From: Candidatus Poribacteria bacterium
GTDB taxonomy: Bacteria > Poribacteria > WGA-4E > PCPOR2b
Length of the DNA: 64,000 bases
Direction: 5' to 3'
Assembly (NCBI GenBank): GCA_965116925.1
Contig: OZ220744.1
Location: forward strand, 672,001-736,000
Of the stretch, positions 51,635-62,117 are shown one piece after another (the stretch's first letter is position 1; every line of letters starts with the position of its first letter). Below the pieces are notes generated by a model. That model did not search any database. It saw nothing but the letters and a program-made list of their open reading frames with translations, and was not told the DNA's origin. Position numbers and translations under genes: made by a program.

Positions 51635-53254
51635 CTATATCAGCATTTCATCCCCAATTGGGAAAAACTGATCTGCAATCCGCTGCAGATCCATCGATGT
51701 ATTATGTTCAAAAGCTGCAACCTCGATGCGCTTTCCGTGCTGTTTAATCAGTTCCGCAAGCGCACAGAAATCGCCATCCCCGCTTGCCAAAATCACAATA
51801 TCGAGTGCATCAAGCATCGACACTATATCGATGGCAATTCCGACATCCCAGTCTCCCTTAGCGGATCCATCGCCGCGCATCCGCAGGTCCTTACTCTTGA
51901 TCGTGTAGCCGTTATGTTCAAGAAGCGATAAAAATCCAGCCTGATTAATTTCGGGGATTTGGACAACATAAGCGTAAGCGGCGACCAGATTCCGAGGGCC
52001 AACGATGAGATCTAGTAGCTTAATATAGTCAAGCCGTCTCGCGTAGCGATCTTTTGCAGCATAGAACATATTCTGGACATCAACAAAAACGCCAACGCGT
52101 GGCTGCTCTGCCAGCATACGGTTTGCGCTTGCAGTGCTGCGCTGTCCTGAGAGACTTGTAATTTTTTGGCGCGCCCTTGTGATGACGGTCTTGTATTCCT
52201 CGTTGACCCCCCGCAGATAGGAGAATTGAGAATAGAAATTGGATTGTATCTGTTCAAGCACTTGCTGTGAATGATATGCCATCTCCTCAACCGATTTCAA
52301 TTCCACTGTTATCTTTTCCTTCTGTGCTTGCAGTTCGTGAAATTCACAAAGTTGGTTTGAAAACTTTTCCACATCCCGTTTGAGACCTATATTCTCACGG
52401 TTGAGTTGATCAATACGCAATTCGCTTTCCGCATACAATTCCTCTCTATTTTGTAAAACTTTGTTTTCTTCGACCAATGTTGTTATTTTCTCTTTGAGCC
52501 TGTCATTTTCATTTTGTAGAACCGTATATCCATTTTTCAGTTCAGAAAGCGCACTATAAAGTTTGTTAATCTGCTGCTGGTTTTGCTTTAGCTCATCGCT
52601 TAGGCGGGATTGCCGTTCTGTATCTAAATCTGTTTCAGAAATAGGTGTAATTTTAAGATACTCAGGGTCATTGGCAGGCAAAGCGGTAGAGGACTCAGTG
52701 GATTCAGAAATTGGTTCTTCATCATGAGTACGATTTAGCGAGGTGCTCTGGTTTGTCGTGTCTGATTCCGATCGTGCTGCCTCCTGTGCAGCATCCACTG
52801 GTGAAGTGTAGTTTCTATCCTCAGGCGGAGGAGGAGAAGGAGGAACAGATTGTTCATGGTCGGCAAGCAGCCTGTGACCGTGCTTCTGTACATCTTCGCG
52901 CGAATCAACCAACAGTGCCCATAAAATCTCGCCTAACTCACCTTCTGCGCGAAGTTGTTCCGCGCTTCTCAAGAAGATCCGAATTTCCTTTACCTCCATG
53001 AATTGGACTCGACGAGCGGCTTGTTCTGCCTTTTTTGCTAAGTGTTGACTCACGATGTCTTCGGTCAGAGCGCGGTTAAAAAAACATGCTGCTAAATCGT
53101 AGGCAATCCAATCTTTACGAATCCTAGTCCTGTGTTGGCTGTCGTGTAGGAGACCGCACTGATTCGCCATCGTGATAATTTCTTCCTCACCAAAACAATC
53201 GGTGATGATCCAAGCTAGTTGGTGGGTAGCAATGTGTGTTTTTGCTGGAACCAT
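51635..53254 (-). CDS. NYN (LabA/DUF88) domain protein with a long coiled coil
   Basis: VFVDVQN, KGDWDVGIAID, SGDGDF; heptad-rich central region. Confidence 0.85.
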   Translation of the reverse strand: MVPAKTHIATHQLAWIITDCFGEEEIITMANQCGLLHDSQHRTRIRKDWIAYDLAACFFNRALTEDIVSQHLAKKAEQAARRVQFMEVKEIRIFLRSAEQLRAEGELGEILWALLVDSREDVQKHGHRLLADHEQSVPPSPPPPEDRNYTSPVDAAQEAARSESDTTNQSTSLNRTHDEEPISESTESSTALPANDPEYLKITPISETDLDTERQSRLSDELKQNQQQINKLYSALSELKNGYTVLQNENDRLKEKITTLVEENKVLQNREELYAESELRIDQLNRENIGLKRDVEKFSNQLCEFHELQAQKEKITVELKSVEEMAYHSQQVLEQIQSNFYSQFSYLRGVNEEYKTVITRARQKITSLSGQRSTASANRMLAEQPRVGVFVDVQNMFYAAKDRYARRLDYIKLLDLIVGPRNLVAAYAYVVQIPEINQAGFLSLLEHNGYTIKSKDLRMRGDGSAKGDWDVGIAIDIVSMLDALDIVILASGDGDFCALAELIKQHGKRIEVAAFEHNTSMDLQRIADQFFPIGDEMLI

Positions 53255-53293
53255 GGTAAATCTCCCGAATCGTATTATATCTTTCTATCGGTT

Positions 53294-53346
53294 TTGACGT
53301 ACTCCCAAACCTAAAGGATTGGGATTTAGACCTAAAGGGTTTTTCG
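53294..53346 (-). mobile_element. 53-bp one-hairpin derivative (PATE-like) of the TnpB element
   Basis: 5' part matches 48185-48207; 3' part is identical to 49553-49585. Confidence 0.88.
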
Positions 53347-54669
53347 TTAAATTTTTAGGATTTTGTTCCGGTTTTGTATAACTGATTTTGTTGCGTTTCG
53401 TGTGTCTACTACCGCAGTGGCGTGATCTACAAGCCAACAGTAATCAATATCGGCATGATCTGTCATAATCACCACACAATCAACACGCTGTACCAATTCC
53501 GCACTCAACTTTGCACAAAGATAACGCGCAGGCTGCCGGTTCTTCGGGGTGAAATCTTCAACCTCCAATTCTGGTACATACGGATCGTGGTATAAAATCT
53601 CACCCCCGCGTTGTGCAAGCATCCGGATGACATCAATAGCCGGTGATTCGCGGACATCCCCAACATTCTTCTTATAGGCAACGCCCATAATCAAGATTTT
53701 CGATCCGTTGATCGCTTTCTGGTGTTGGTTGAGTGCATCGATAGTTTTGCTGAGTACATACTCTGGCATTGAGCCGTTGATTTCACTTGCAAGCTCGATG
53801 AAACGCGCGTGAAACTCGTAAGTTTTTGCTTTCCACGACAGGTAATGTGGATCGACGGGAATACAGTGGCCGCCTAGCCCCGGCCCCGGGTAGAACGGCA
53901 TAAATCCAAACGGTTTTGTGGCGGCAGCATCGACAATTTCCCATACGTCCAATCCCATCTGGTCGCACATCAGTGCCATTTCGTTGACGAGACCGATATT
54001 GACGCTCCGGAAGGTATTTTCCAAGAGCTTGGCCATTTCCGCTACTCTTGTCGAAGAGACTGCATGAACTTCCTGAATGAACTGCTTATAAAAGTGTTGG
54101 GCGACCTGCGTGCATGTAGGCGTTATCCCCCCAACGATTTTCGCCGTGTTTGCGGTGGAGTATGTTGCATTACCCGGATCGATCCGTTCAGGAGAAAAAG
54201 CGAGAAAAAAATCTTCACCGACCTGCAAGCCGCTTTTTTCAAGCTTCGGCAGCACAACCTCCTCTGTTGTACCGGGGTAGGTTGTACTCTCCAAAATAAT
54301 CAACTGATCTTTGCGTAAATATTGCGCGATTTCATCTACTGCGGAGATGATAAAACTCATATCCGGATCCTTACTCTTGCGCAACGGTGTGGGTACGCAA
54401 ATATTAATCGTATCTAATTCTCTCAGGATCCGATAGTCGGTTGTCGCTTGAATCTGCCCTCGATGGACGAAGGACACAAGATCTTCAGATGGAACATCGG
54501 AGACAACCGAAATCCCGTTCTGAATACATTTAACCTTGCGACGGTCCACATCGATACCGGTAACAGAAAAACCGGCTTTTGCCATGGTTACCGCAAGTGG
54601 AAGCCCGACATAGCCAAGTCCGATAACGCCTGCGTATGCAGTCTGATTTTCGATTTTCTTTTCGATCAT
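53347..54669 (-). CDS. Nucleotide sugar dehydrogenase (UDP-GlcNAc/ManNAc 6-dehydrogenase type)
   Basis: GLGYVGLP, CVPTP, ESTTYPGTT, GGHCIP; start could extend to 54741. Confidence 0.92.
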   Translation of the reverse strand: MIEKKIENQTAYAGVIGLGYVGLPLAVTMAKAGFSVTGIDVDRRKVKCIQNGISVVSDVPSEDLVSFVHRGQIQATTDYRILRELDTINICVPTPLRKSKDPDMSFIISAVDEIAQYLRKDQLIILESTTYPGTTEEVVLPKLEKSGLQVGEDFFLAFSPERIDPGNATYSTANTAKIVGGITPTCTQVAQHFYKQFIQEVHAVSSTRVAEMAKLLENTFRSVNIGLVNEMALMCDQMGLDVWEIVDAAATKPFGFMPFYPGPGLGGHCIPVDPHYLSWKAKTYEFHARFIELASEINGSMPEYVLSKTIDALNQHQKAINGSKILIMGVAYKKNVGDVRESPAIDVIRMLAQRGGEILYHDPYVPELEVEDFTPKNRQPARYLCAKLSAELVQRVDCVVIMTDHADIDYCWLVDHATAVVDTRNATKSVIQNRNKILKI

Positions 54670-54899
54670 CTGCTGAGGGCTTTCACGATTTTTGGGGCTT
54701 CGATCCCGATCTTTTAGATCGAGGCTCAGACTCTCGGTCAAAACCTGAAGATTCTCGATTTTGCCGGAACCTTATGGGGTCTACTATAAATACTATCATA
54801 TCGTTGTGAGATACATCAATGCTTAATGTGAAAGACAGGGGGCTTAATGCACCAAATTGATACGACTTACCCCGAATGAACCAATCCCATTACCACGTT

Positions 54900-55748
54900 T
54901 CATGCCTCCCGCGGTACAAACTTCTGTATCCGCTGCCCCGCTAACACCTCACCTACATAGAGTGCATCTTGAGAATCTGTCCAGACCGCGTGAGGCGCGA
55001 CAAACTCACCGGGAGCGTGACTTGATTCACCGCCCATCCTTGTTAGAACTGCCCCGTCGAGGTTTAGGATACTGACCCGGTGCTGTAGTTCAGAAACGTA
55101 GAAACGCCCATCCGCATCGAGGAAGAAATCGGTTGGTTGGCGAAATCCTGTCCACTGATCGATGAACCCGCCTTGAGGGTCGAAAATCTGAATACGATGA
55201 TTCTCCCGATCTGCGACATAGACGCGATCGTTGTCATTGACCCAGATGCTGTGAGGCAGATTGAATTCACCGGGACCGTCACCGGGCGTACCCCACGATA
55301 GAAGATGTTCTCCTTCGGCGGAGAATTTGTGTACTCGTGTGTTTCCGTAGCCATCGGAAACATAAATTTCACCGGCGGATGACAACGCGGCATCCGTCGG
55401 ATGATTAAACGGTTCACCGTCAGAGGGTTGATCAAGCGTGCCTATCGTCATCAGAAGTTCGCCCTCCGGCGTATATTTCAATACTGCATGCAACCACCGG
55501 TCAACAAGATAGATCATATCTGTCTCGTCAATGAAGATACCGTGTGCATGCTTCAAAAATCCTTCTCCCCAGGTATTGAGTATGTTGCCGTCGCTGTCAA
55601 AAACAATCATGGGGTGCTCCCCACGATTGTAAACGTAAATTCGATCTTGGGAATCAACAGCAACTCCAGCTACCTGTGTGAACTCCCACCCTTCTGGAAG
55701 TTGTCCCCATCCTTCGACAACCTGATATGTAAGGCTATGAGATGCCAT
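54900..55748 (-). CDS. NHL repeat protein (PAL-like)
   Basis: FNHPTD..YVSDGYGNTR, FNLPHSI..YVADRENHRIQIFD. Confidence 0.85.
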   Translation of the reverse strand: MASHSLTYQVVEGWGQLPEGWEFTQVAGVAVDSQDRIYVYNRGEHPMIVFDSDGNILNTWGEGFLKHAHGIFIDETDMIYLVDRWLHAVLKYTPEGELLMTIGTLDQPSDGEPFNHPTDAALSSAGEIYVSDGYGNTRVHKFSAEGEHLLSWGTPGDGPGEFNLPHSIWVNDNDRVYVADRENHRIQIFDPQGGFIDQWTGFRQPTDFFLDADGRFYVSELQHRVSILNLDGAVLTRMGGESSHAPGEFVAPHAVWTDSQDALYVGEVLAGQRIQKFVPREA

Positions 55749-55961
55749 GCGATAACTTCTCCTGTTCTGGTCTAACTATTCGTCCATAAGAATGTTCTGT
55801 AACATTGTGCGTCTAGGACGTGATACAATCGCGCTTTTCTCACGTCTCACGCATTACTTTATCGTGGAAAAAAATAGTTAGGAGCTCTGCCCCGCTTTCA
55901 TCTTTATTTTTATAGTGTCGCAGAAATTTATCCGTTTGTCAATAGAATACTTTGTGATGAT

Positions 55962-56285
55962 TAGGGGCATTTAATTCTCCGTATATTATTGTCTGAATCG
56001 CGGATTAACACGGATTAACGGATTACACGGATTAAAGACGACAGCCATACCGACCTTAACAATGTACAATGAATGCGCGACGCCCAACGGCGGGGAGACC
56101 AGATGCCCCGCCTACCGGGTGTGGATAGAATGTGCGACTACGAACAACGGGACATGACCTAAAATCGAAAACTATAGTAGATTTTAGAATTAATGGGACA
56201 CGCCAAACCGGTGCGGTTACAAACCGCACCTACCGGGGGGGTGCCAGTGTTTCTTTATTTTTTGAATTCACTATAAATGACCCTA
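55962..56285. mobile_element. Family I composite element, second copy
   Basis: Same ends as 45047-45326; flanks TTGTGATGAT / TTGTGATGAC; contains an intact family C copy (56173-56275). Confidence 0.65.
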
Positions 56286-56320
56286 TTGTGATGACAAGAT
56301 TGGGCAAATCTGATATAATA

Positions 56321-56655
56321 GCGCAAGTTGCTAGTACTCAGTCATATAAGTTTTGCATATCAACAAGGGGTTCGGGTGACCCGACCCCTACGAAGTATTA
56401 TGAGTCTCAATCCATATAGACAATCATAATTTGCCTGACAGTGTACTAGTTGATAGACCAAGCAGTATAAACCGAGTTTTTTCTTCAAAACTCGGTTTCT
56501 GTCTGATTCTAACGACTTGAGTTATGTTATAGAATCCCAGTAGTAGTGCACATGTTGCCAATCGTGGTGCAGATTGCCTAATCTGCGATCCTCCGCATTG
56601 TATTACGTTTCGTTTCACGATTCAAACAAACACCGGAACAACTAGCAACTTAGGT
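56321..56655. mobile_element. Family F element, second copy, with a nested family G element (56334-56446)
   Basis: Ends GCGCAAGTTGCTA / ACTAGCAACTTAGGT; 7-bp direct repeat TATAATA; G has ends GTACTCAGTCA / TGACAGTGTAC flanked by TA. Confidence 0.65.
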
Positions 56656-56760
56656 TATAATAGGCATTAAGTATCGTCTATCAACAAAAAATGGACGAGC
56701 AAGCAGGGATAAAGGTTTGCTCGTCCTTAAATTTTATAAAGGCACACATTATACAGATTT

Positions 56761-56981
56761 TATAGTAGATTTTAGAATTAATGGGACACGCCAAACCGGT
56801 GCGGTTACATGAAAATTAAAAAAACAGTTCGGTAATTTGCTAACGACGCCGGCGCGGTTGAAAACCGCGCCTACCGTGTGTTTCGAGGAAAATCGGGATT
56901 ACCGATTTAAATACTTAAATCTCATCAAACCGCACCTACCGGGGGAGCGCAAGTGTTTCTTTATCTTTTGAATTTACTATA
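56761..56981. mobile_element. Family C element with a nested family H element (56809-56925)
   Basis: Removing 56809-56925 and one C restores a near-copy of 56173-56275. Confidence 0.85.
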
Positions 56982-57013
56982 GTTTCGACATCAAAACCTA
57001 AAACAAATTGGCT

Positions 57014-58009
57014 ATGCTCAACCGGAAACCGTGTTTCGTTATCTTCTTATGTCTTATGAATTTGATGAGCGTCTGCGATGCCGATGAAAATGACGCTTGG
57101 GACAAACCCTTGGAATCTTTCACACTGGAGGGACATAGTGCTGCAGTATTTTCTGTTGTTTTCTCCCCCGATGGTGAAATTTTGGCAAGCGGAAGCAGCG
57201 ATAAGACGGTCAAGCTGTGGGACGTGAACACTCGGAAATTGAAACGAACGCTGGAGGGACATGCCGAGATGGTGACGGCAGTCGGTTTCTCGCCAGACGG
57301 AAAGACGCTAGCGAGCGGGAGTTGGGACAAAACTGTACAGCTATGGGACATACAGACAGGAAAGCAGAAAGCGGTGCTAAAACACAGCGGTCGGGTGCAT
57401 GCGTTAGCCTTCTCAGGGAGTGGAGCGATACTCGCAAGTGGAGATTCTGACGAGATAGTGAGGTTATGGAACGCACAGACCGGTGGGCTGAGACAAACGC
57501 TAACGGGGAGCAATGGTCCAGTGTTAGCAGTTGCCTTCTCGCCCGATGGCAGAACGCTGGCGAGCGGAGGCGAACTGGATAACACCGTGGTCAGACTATG
57601 GGATGTACAGACCGGGAGGTTAGAAAGAACGCTAAAATGGCGGAGAGTTGAGGCTGTGAGAGGAATAGCTTTTTCTCCTGATGGGCTGATCTTAGCAAAC
57701 GGGAGCAGTCGCCCGGAAGAAAATACAATAAGATTCTGGGACACGCGGACATGGGAACCGGTCCGAGCGGTCACAGGGCATCGGCAGGGAGTGACCTCCG
57801 TAGTTTTCTCACCTGACAACAAAATTCTGGCGAGTGGAAGTTGGGACAGGCATGTACAATTGTGGGATGTACAAACCGGAGGGTTCATGCAGGCGTTGAG
57901 TGGGCATAGCGGTGCGGTATTTTCTGTTGTTTTCTCGCCCGATGGCAAAATGTTGGCGAGTGGAAGTGCTGACAAGACTGTGAGACTGTGGAAAATCGCT
58001 ATGCAGTAA
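57014..58009 (+). CDS. Secreted WD40 repeat protein (7 blades)
   Basis: Seven repeats of the type GH..V.SVAFSPDG..LASGS.D..V.LWD. Confidence 0.93.
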   Translation: MLNRKPCFVIFLCLMNLMSVCDADENDAWDKPLESFTLEGHSAAVFSVVFSPDGEILASGSSDKTVKLWDVNTRKLKRTLEGHAEMVTAVGFSPDGKTLASGSWDKTVQLWDIQTGKQKAVLKHSGRVHALAFSGSGAILASGDSDEIVRLWNAQTGGLRQTLTGSNGPVLAVAFSPDGRTLASGGELDNTVVRLWDVQTGRLERTLKWRRVEAVRGIAFSPDGLILANGSSRPEENTIRFWDTRTWEPVRAVTGHRQGVTSVVFSPDNKILASGSWDRHVQLWDVQTGGFMQALSGHSGAVFSVVFSPDGKMLASGSADKTVRLWKIAMQ

Positions 58010-58038
58010 AATTGGGTGTATACAAAGGAATCCGACTA

Positions 58039-59478
58039 ATGCTAAAAAAGAAACACTTTCGTTATCGAGATATTGATGCACTACGGGCTGAGATTGCCGA
58101 ACTTGGACTGAGCATCCGCCTCGAAGAAAAGATTGAAAAACTCCTTGAGCCTGTCCGAATTGGGCACAAAATCGCCGGTAACGCATTCGGTATCCACCCG
58201 ATGGAGGGATGTGACGGCACACTTGACGGCAAACCGAGCGAACTCACCATTCGTCGTTGGGAGCGATTTGGACGTGGCGGTGCAAAGTTGATATGGGGCG
58301 AAGCGACAGCACTCTTCGATGAAGTGAAGTCAAACAGTCGTCAATTGGTGATTAACGACGAGACTGCGAGTTCGATGGAGTCGATACTCAATTTAACGCG
58401 CAACGCTCACCGAGAGGAGTTCGGTCCCAATGAAGAAATCATCGTTGGAATGCAGCTGACCCATTCAGGGCGGTATAGCTATCAGAAACCGTTAATCGCT
58501 TTTCGCCACCCTGTTGTTGACAAAGTTACACTAATCGATAAGAAAAACAAAATTCCTATCCCTGATGACTATCCTGTACTGAGCGATGATTATCTGGAGC
58601 GTCAGGAGGATATCTTTGTAGAAGCCGCTAAGTTGGCGTGGAAGACAGGGTTCGACTTTGTTGACCTCAAACAGTGTCATACTTACCTGCTCTCCGAACT
58701 TTTAGCAGCCAAAACACGAGAAGGAAAGTACGGCGGCAGTTTTGAGAACCGCACTCGGTTTATCCGCAACATTGTCGGTAAGATTCGAGCGGAAGTTGGA
58801 GATGATCTTATCCTTGCCACGCGCCTCAACGTCTACGACGGTGTGGCTTACATGGAGGATCCAGAGACAACGGTAGGGATTCCACGGGACATCCCAAGGC
58901 CCTATCTTTACGGGTTCGGTGTTGACGAAAATAATCCGCCACAGCCGGATATGAGTGAGCCAATCAAGCTGGTCGGAGTCCTCAAGGAACTTGGGGTGAA
59001 ATTGGTTAACGTCACCACAGGAAGTCCGTATTTCAATCCACATATCGGTCGTCCATTTGAACGTCCACCGATTGACGGTTACGAAACCCCCGAACACCCA
59101 CTGATCGGTGTGGATCGACATATCCGACTGACGGGAGAAATCCAGCGAGCGTACCCAGGCCTACCAGTGGTCGGCACAGGCTACAGTTGGCTGCAGCAGT
59201 ATCTGGTCAACGCCGCTGAGGCGAACCTTCGAGATGGGCGTGTCAGTTTTGTTGCAGTAGGACGTGGTGCGTTGGCATACCCCGACTACGCAAGGGATAC
59301 GATTGAAGGGGGAGAAATGGTTAAGCAAAAGGTCTGCGTTGCGGTCAGCTACTGTACCGCGTTGATGCGTGCAAAAGCGAATCCGCTTGGACAATTTGCC
59401 GCCGGCTGCGTTCCCCGCGATAAAATTTACGCCCCGATTTACAAAGAAGCGGAAAGAACGCTGACCCAACGCGACTGA
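58039..59478 (+). CDS. NADH:flavin oxidoreductase (old yellow enzyme family)
   Basis: HPMEGCD, QLTHSGR, GFDFVDLKQCH, YGGSFENRTRF. Confidence 0.88.
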   Translation: MLKKKHFRYRDIDALRAEIAELGLSIRLEEKIEKLLEPVRIGHKIAGNAFGIHPMEGCDGTLDGKPSELTIRRWERFGRGGAKLIWGEATALFDEVKSNSRQLVINDETASSMESILNLTRNAHREEFGPNEEIIVGMQLTHSGRYSYQKPLIAFRHPVVDKVTLIDKKNKIPIPDDYPVLSDDYLERQEDIFVEAAKLAWKTGFDFVDLKQCHTYLLSELLAAKTREGKYGGSFENRTRFIRNIVGKIRAEVGDDLILATRLNVYDGVAYMEDPETTVGIPRDIPRPYLYGFGVDENNPPQPDMSEPIKLVGVLKELGVKLVNVTTGSPYFNPHIGRPFERPPIDGYETPEHPLIGVDRHIRLTGEIQRAYPGLPVVGTGYSWLQQYLVNAAEANLRDGRVSFVAVGRGALAYPDYARDTIEGGEMVKQKVCVAVSYCTALMRAKANPLGQFAAGCVPRDKIYAPIYKEAERTLTQRD

Positions 59479-59515
59479 CCGTTAACGATTTATTTTTGCA
59501 GAAAGAATGAGATAA

Positions 59516-60625
59516 ATGCCCACACGAGAATTGCCCCTTAAAGCCGCCATGGTTGGTCTTCACATCCATGCCGGCAGCCTTCACCCCGATAAAAACCACG
59601 GTCTGCTCAAATCGTTCAAAGGGCAGGAAGGTGTTGAGATTGTAGCGTACTGCGAATCCTCACCCGATCAGGCAGAGGTACTAGATGAAATTCGTCTCGC
59701 CGATCCAGGTGCCCGTATCTACACCGACCTCGACAGTTTGATGGCGAACGAGGATTTCGACTTTGCTGTCATTATGCTGCCCCCCAATGAGGCAACGCCC
59801 GCGGCCCTACAGCTAGCGGAGTCAGGCAAACACCTCTTCATTGAAAAACAGGCTGCGCGTACCGCCGCAGATATGCGAGAACTCTGCGATGTCGTTGCGG
59901 ACAAAGCGTTGGTGACGCAGGTAGGCTACCCGTGGTCCCATCACCCCGTGCCAATCGAGATGAAACGTCTCATTGATGCCGGTGCCCTTGGACGGTTGGT
60001 GGATATGGAGGCGCGCCTCGTTACGGTTCAGGTGAAGCCGGGACTCCGTGAACCGGATTTCTGGATGTATCGAAGCGAGAGCGAAGGAGGCGGTATCCTT
60101 CATATGGAAGGTGGGCACTGGCTGACACTGTTCCGCTTTTTCAGCGACGCGGAGGTGAAATCGGTGACAGCACTCTGTGGAAGGGGGACAGGCTACATCG
60201 AGGAAGGCTTGGAGGATGTGGCGACGGTTGCGCTAGAGTTTGACAACGGTGTCCACGCCTGCTTGCACATGGGGTATCTACTGTCCGGCGCAGGACCCCG
60301 GAATGATACCTACTTTGGACTTCGGGGAACACTCGGTGCTGCGACGTGGCAGCCCACCGGCGAAGGCAACTTCACCGTTAACAGCATGGCACCGGGCTGG
60401 GAGGCTGCGCCGGAGCGGCAATTCAGCATGGAAATCGCAAAACGTCCGGTATATGCGGATCAGTGGGGCTACGAGTTCGTCGCCGAATTTATCCGTGCGA
60501 TTCGTCAAGGTGGCGAGATAACGGTCAGCATCCACGATGCCTATCGCGTGATGCAGATTATCGACGCCAGCTACGAATCTTCTCGGACCGGACGGCGAAT
60601 CGAGTTGAGTTCATCTCTTGGATGA
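59516..60625 (+). CDS. Gfo/Idh/MocA family oxidoreductase
   Basis: GKHLFIEK, GGGIL..GGH. Confidence 0.85.
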   Translation: MPTRELPLKAAMVGLHIHAGSLHPDKNHGLLKSFKGQEGVEIVAYCESSPDQAEVLDEIRLADPGARIYTDLDSLMANEDFDFAVIMLPPNEATPAALQLAESGKHLFIEKQAARTAADMRELCDVVADKALVTQVGYPWSHHPVPIEMKRLIDAGALGRLVDMEARLVTVQVKPGLREPDFWMYRSESEGGGILHMEGGHWLTLFRFFSDAEVKSVTALCGRGTGYIEEGLEDVATVALEFDNGVHACLHMGYLLSGAGPRNDTYFGLRGTLGAATWQPTGEGNFTVNSMAPGWEAAPERQFSMEIAKRPVYADQWGYEFVAEFIRAIRQGGEITVSIHDAYRVMQIIDASYESSRTGRRIELSSSLG

Positions 60626-60682
60626 TGTGATTTGTGAAGCGGGACGTTGCTATTCTAAGATCATTAAGCAGGAGGATATGCG

Positions 60683-62098
60683 GTGGCAACCATAATTCCT
60701 TTTTTTGAACAGGTCAACCTGAACTTTGATAAAGCTGCGCGGTTCACCAAACATTCCGAAGGTCTGCTACAGCAGATTAAAATTTGCAATAGCGTTTATC
60801 ACATGACCTTCCCGATTAAAAAGGACGATGGAACAATCGAGACAATTCACGCATGGCGAGCGGAGCATAGTCAACATAAACTCCCAACGAAAGGTGGAAT
60901 CCGTTACAGTACGTTGGTAAATGAAGATGAAGTGATGGCACTTGCGGCGTTGATGACGTACAAATGTGCCATCGTTGATGTGCCCTTCGGTGGGGCAAAA
61001 GGCGGCGTGCAGATCGACCGCAAACGATATTCTCTGAGTGAGTTGGAGCGCATCACCCGGCGTTATACCTACGAATTGATCCAGAAGAATTTCATCGGAC
61101 CGGGAGTAGATGTTCCGGCACCGGATTTCGGTACGGGGGAACGCGAAATGGCATGGATTCTGGACACGTATAAGACAATGACGGCTGAAAAATTAGATGT
61201 GGCCGCGTGCGTTACTGGAAAGCCAATCGCTGAGGAGGGGGTGCATGGGAGACAGGAAGCGACGGGTAGAGGGATTTACTTCGGACTTCAAGAGGTGTGT
61301 CGCTCTGCTGAAGATATGAAAGCACTCGGTCTGCAGCCGGGTTTGGCGGGAAAGTCGGTTGCCGTGCAAGGGTTCGGCAATGTCGGTTATCACGCTGCGA
61401 AATTTTTGCAGGAAGGTGGTGCCCTTATCGTTGGTATAGCGGAACAGACTGGTGCCATTCATAATCCCAAGGGGTTAGATGTAGAAAAAGTTTTCTCGTA
61501 TCGTAACGAAACGGGTTCAATCCTCAACTTTCCCGGCGCAACCACATACCAGAATCCTGCCGACGTTCTTGAGTTGGAATGCGATATACTGATTCCAGCG
61601 GCACTTGAAAATCAGATTACCGATGAGAACGCCGACCGGATTAAAGCCAAAATCATCGGCGAAGCCGCGAACGGTCCCACAACTTTTGAAGCGAATGAGT
61701 CCCTTAGAAAAAGAGGCGTGATGGTTATTCCCGATACTTACCTGAATGCGGGTGGCGTAACAGTTTCCTATTTTGAATGGCTTAGAAACCTTTCACATGT
61801 GCGATTTGGACGGTTGGGAAAACGGTTTGAGGAGAGTGTCCATACAAATATGCTAAAGGTAATTGAGAAGATAACGGGGAAGGAACTTACCCCGGCGGAG
61901 ATGCAACAGTTAGCACATGGGCCGGATGAAGCGGACTTAGTCAACTCCGGGCTTGAAGATACGATGATTGTTGCATATAATGAGATTCGGGAGACCCAAA
62001 AGCAGAACAGAGAAGAGGTCGACTTGAGAACGGCTGCGTTTATCAATGCAATTAACATAATCGCGACATCCTATATGGAATTAGGTATCTTTCCGTAA
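60683..62098 (+). CDS. gdhA: Glutamate dehydrogenase
   Basis: [45 protein letters not shown]. Confidence 0.93.
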   Translation: MATIIPFFEQVNLNFDKAARFTKHSEGLLQQIKICNSVYHMTFPIKKDDGTIETIHAWRAEHSQHKLPTKGGIRYSTLVNEDEVMALAALMTYKCAIVDVPFGGAKGGVQIDRKRYSLSELERITRRYTYELIQKNFIGPGVDVPAPDFGTGEREMAWILDTYKTMTAEKLDVAACVTGKPIAEEGVHGRQEATGRGIYFGLQEVCRSAEDMKALGLQPGLAGKSVAVQGFGNVGYHAAKFLQEGGALIVGIAEQTGAIHNPKGLDVEKVFSYRNETGSILNFPGATTYQNPADVLELECDILIPAALENQITDENADRIKAKIIGEAANGPTTFEANESLRKRGVMVIPDTYLNAGGVTVSYFEWLRNLSHVRFGRLGKRFEESVHTNMLKVIEKITGKELTPAEMQQLAHGPDEADLVNSGLEDTMIVAYNEIRETQKQNREEVDLRTAAFINAINIIATSYMELGIFP

Positions 62099-62117
62099 AT
62101 TACCTGAAGGAGTTTTG

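Noticed and set aside
56693..56726. Terminator of a hidden small gene
   Set aside because: The GGACGAGCAA/TTGCTCGTCC hairpin is real, but no credible ORF or promoter feeds it
56998..57975. 325-aa minus-strand ORF
   Set aside because: Antisense shadow of the WD40 gene
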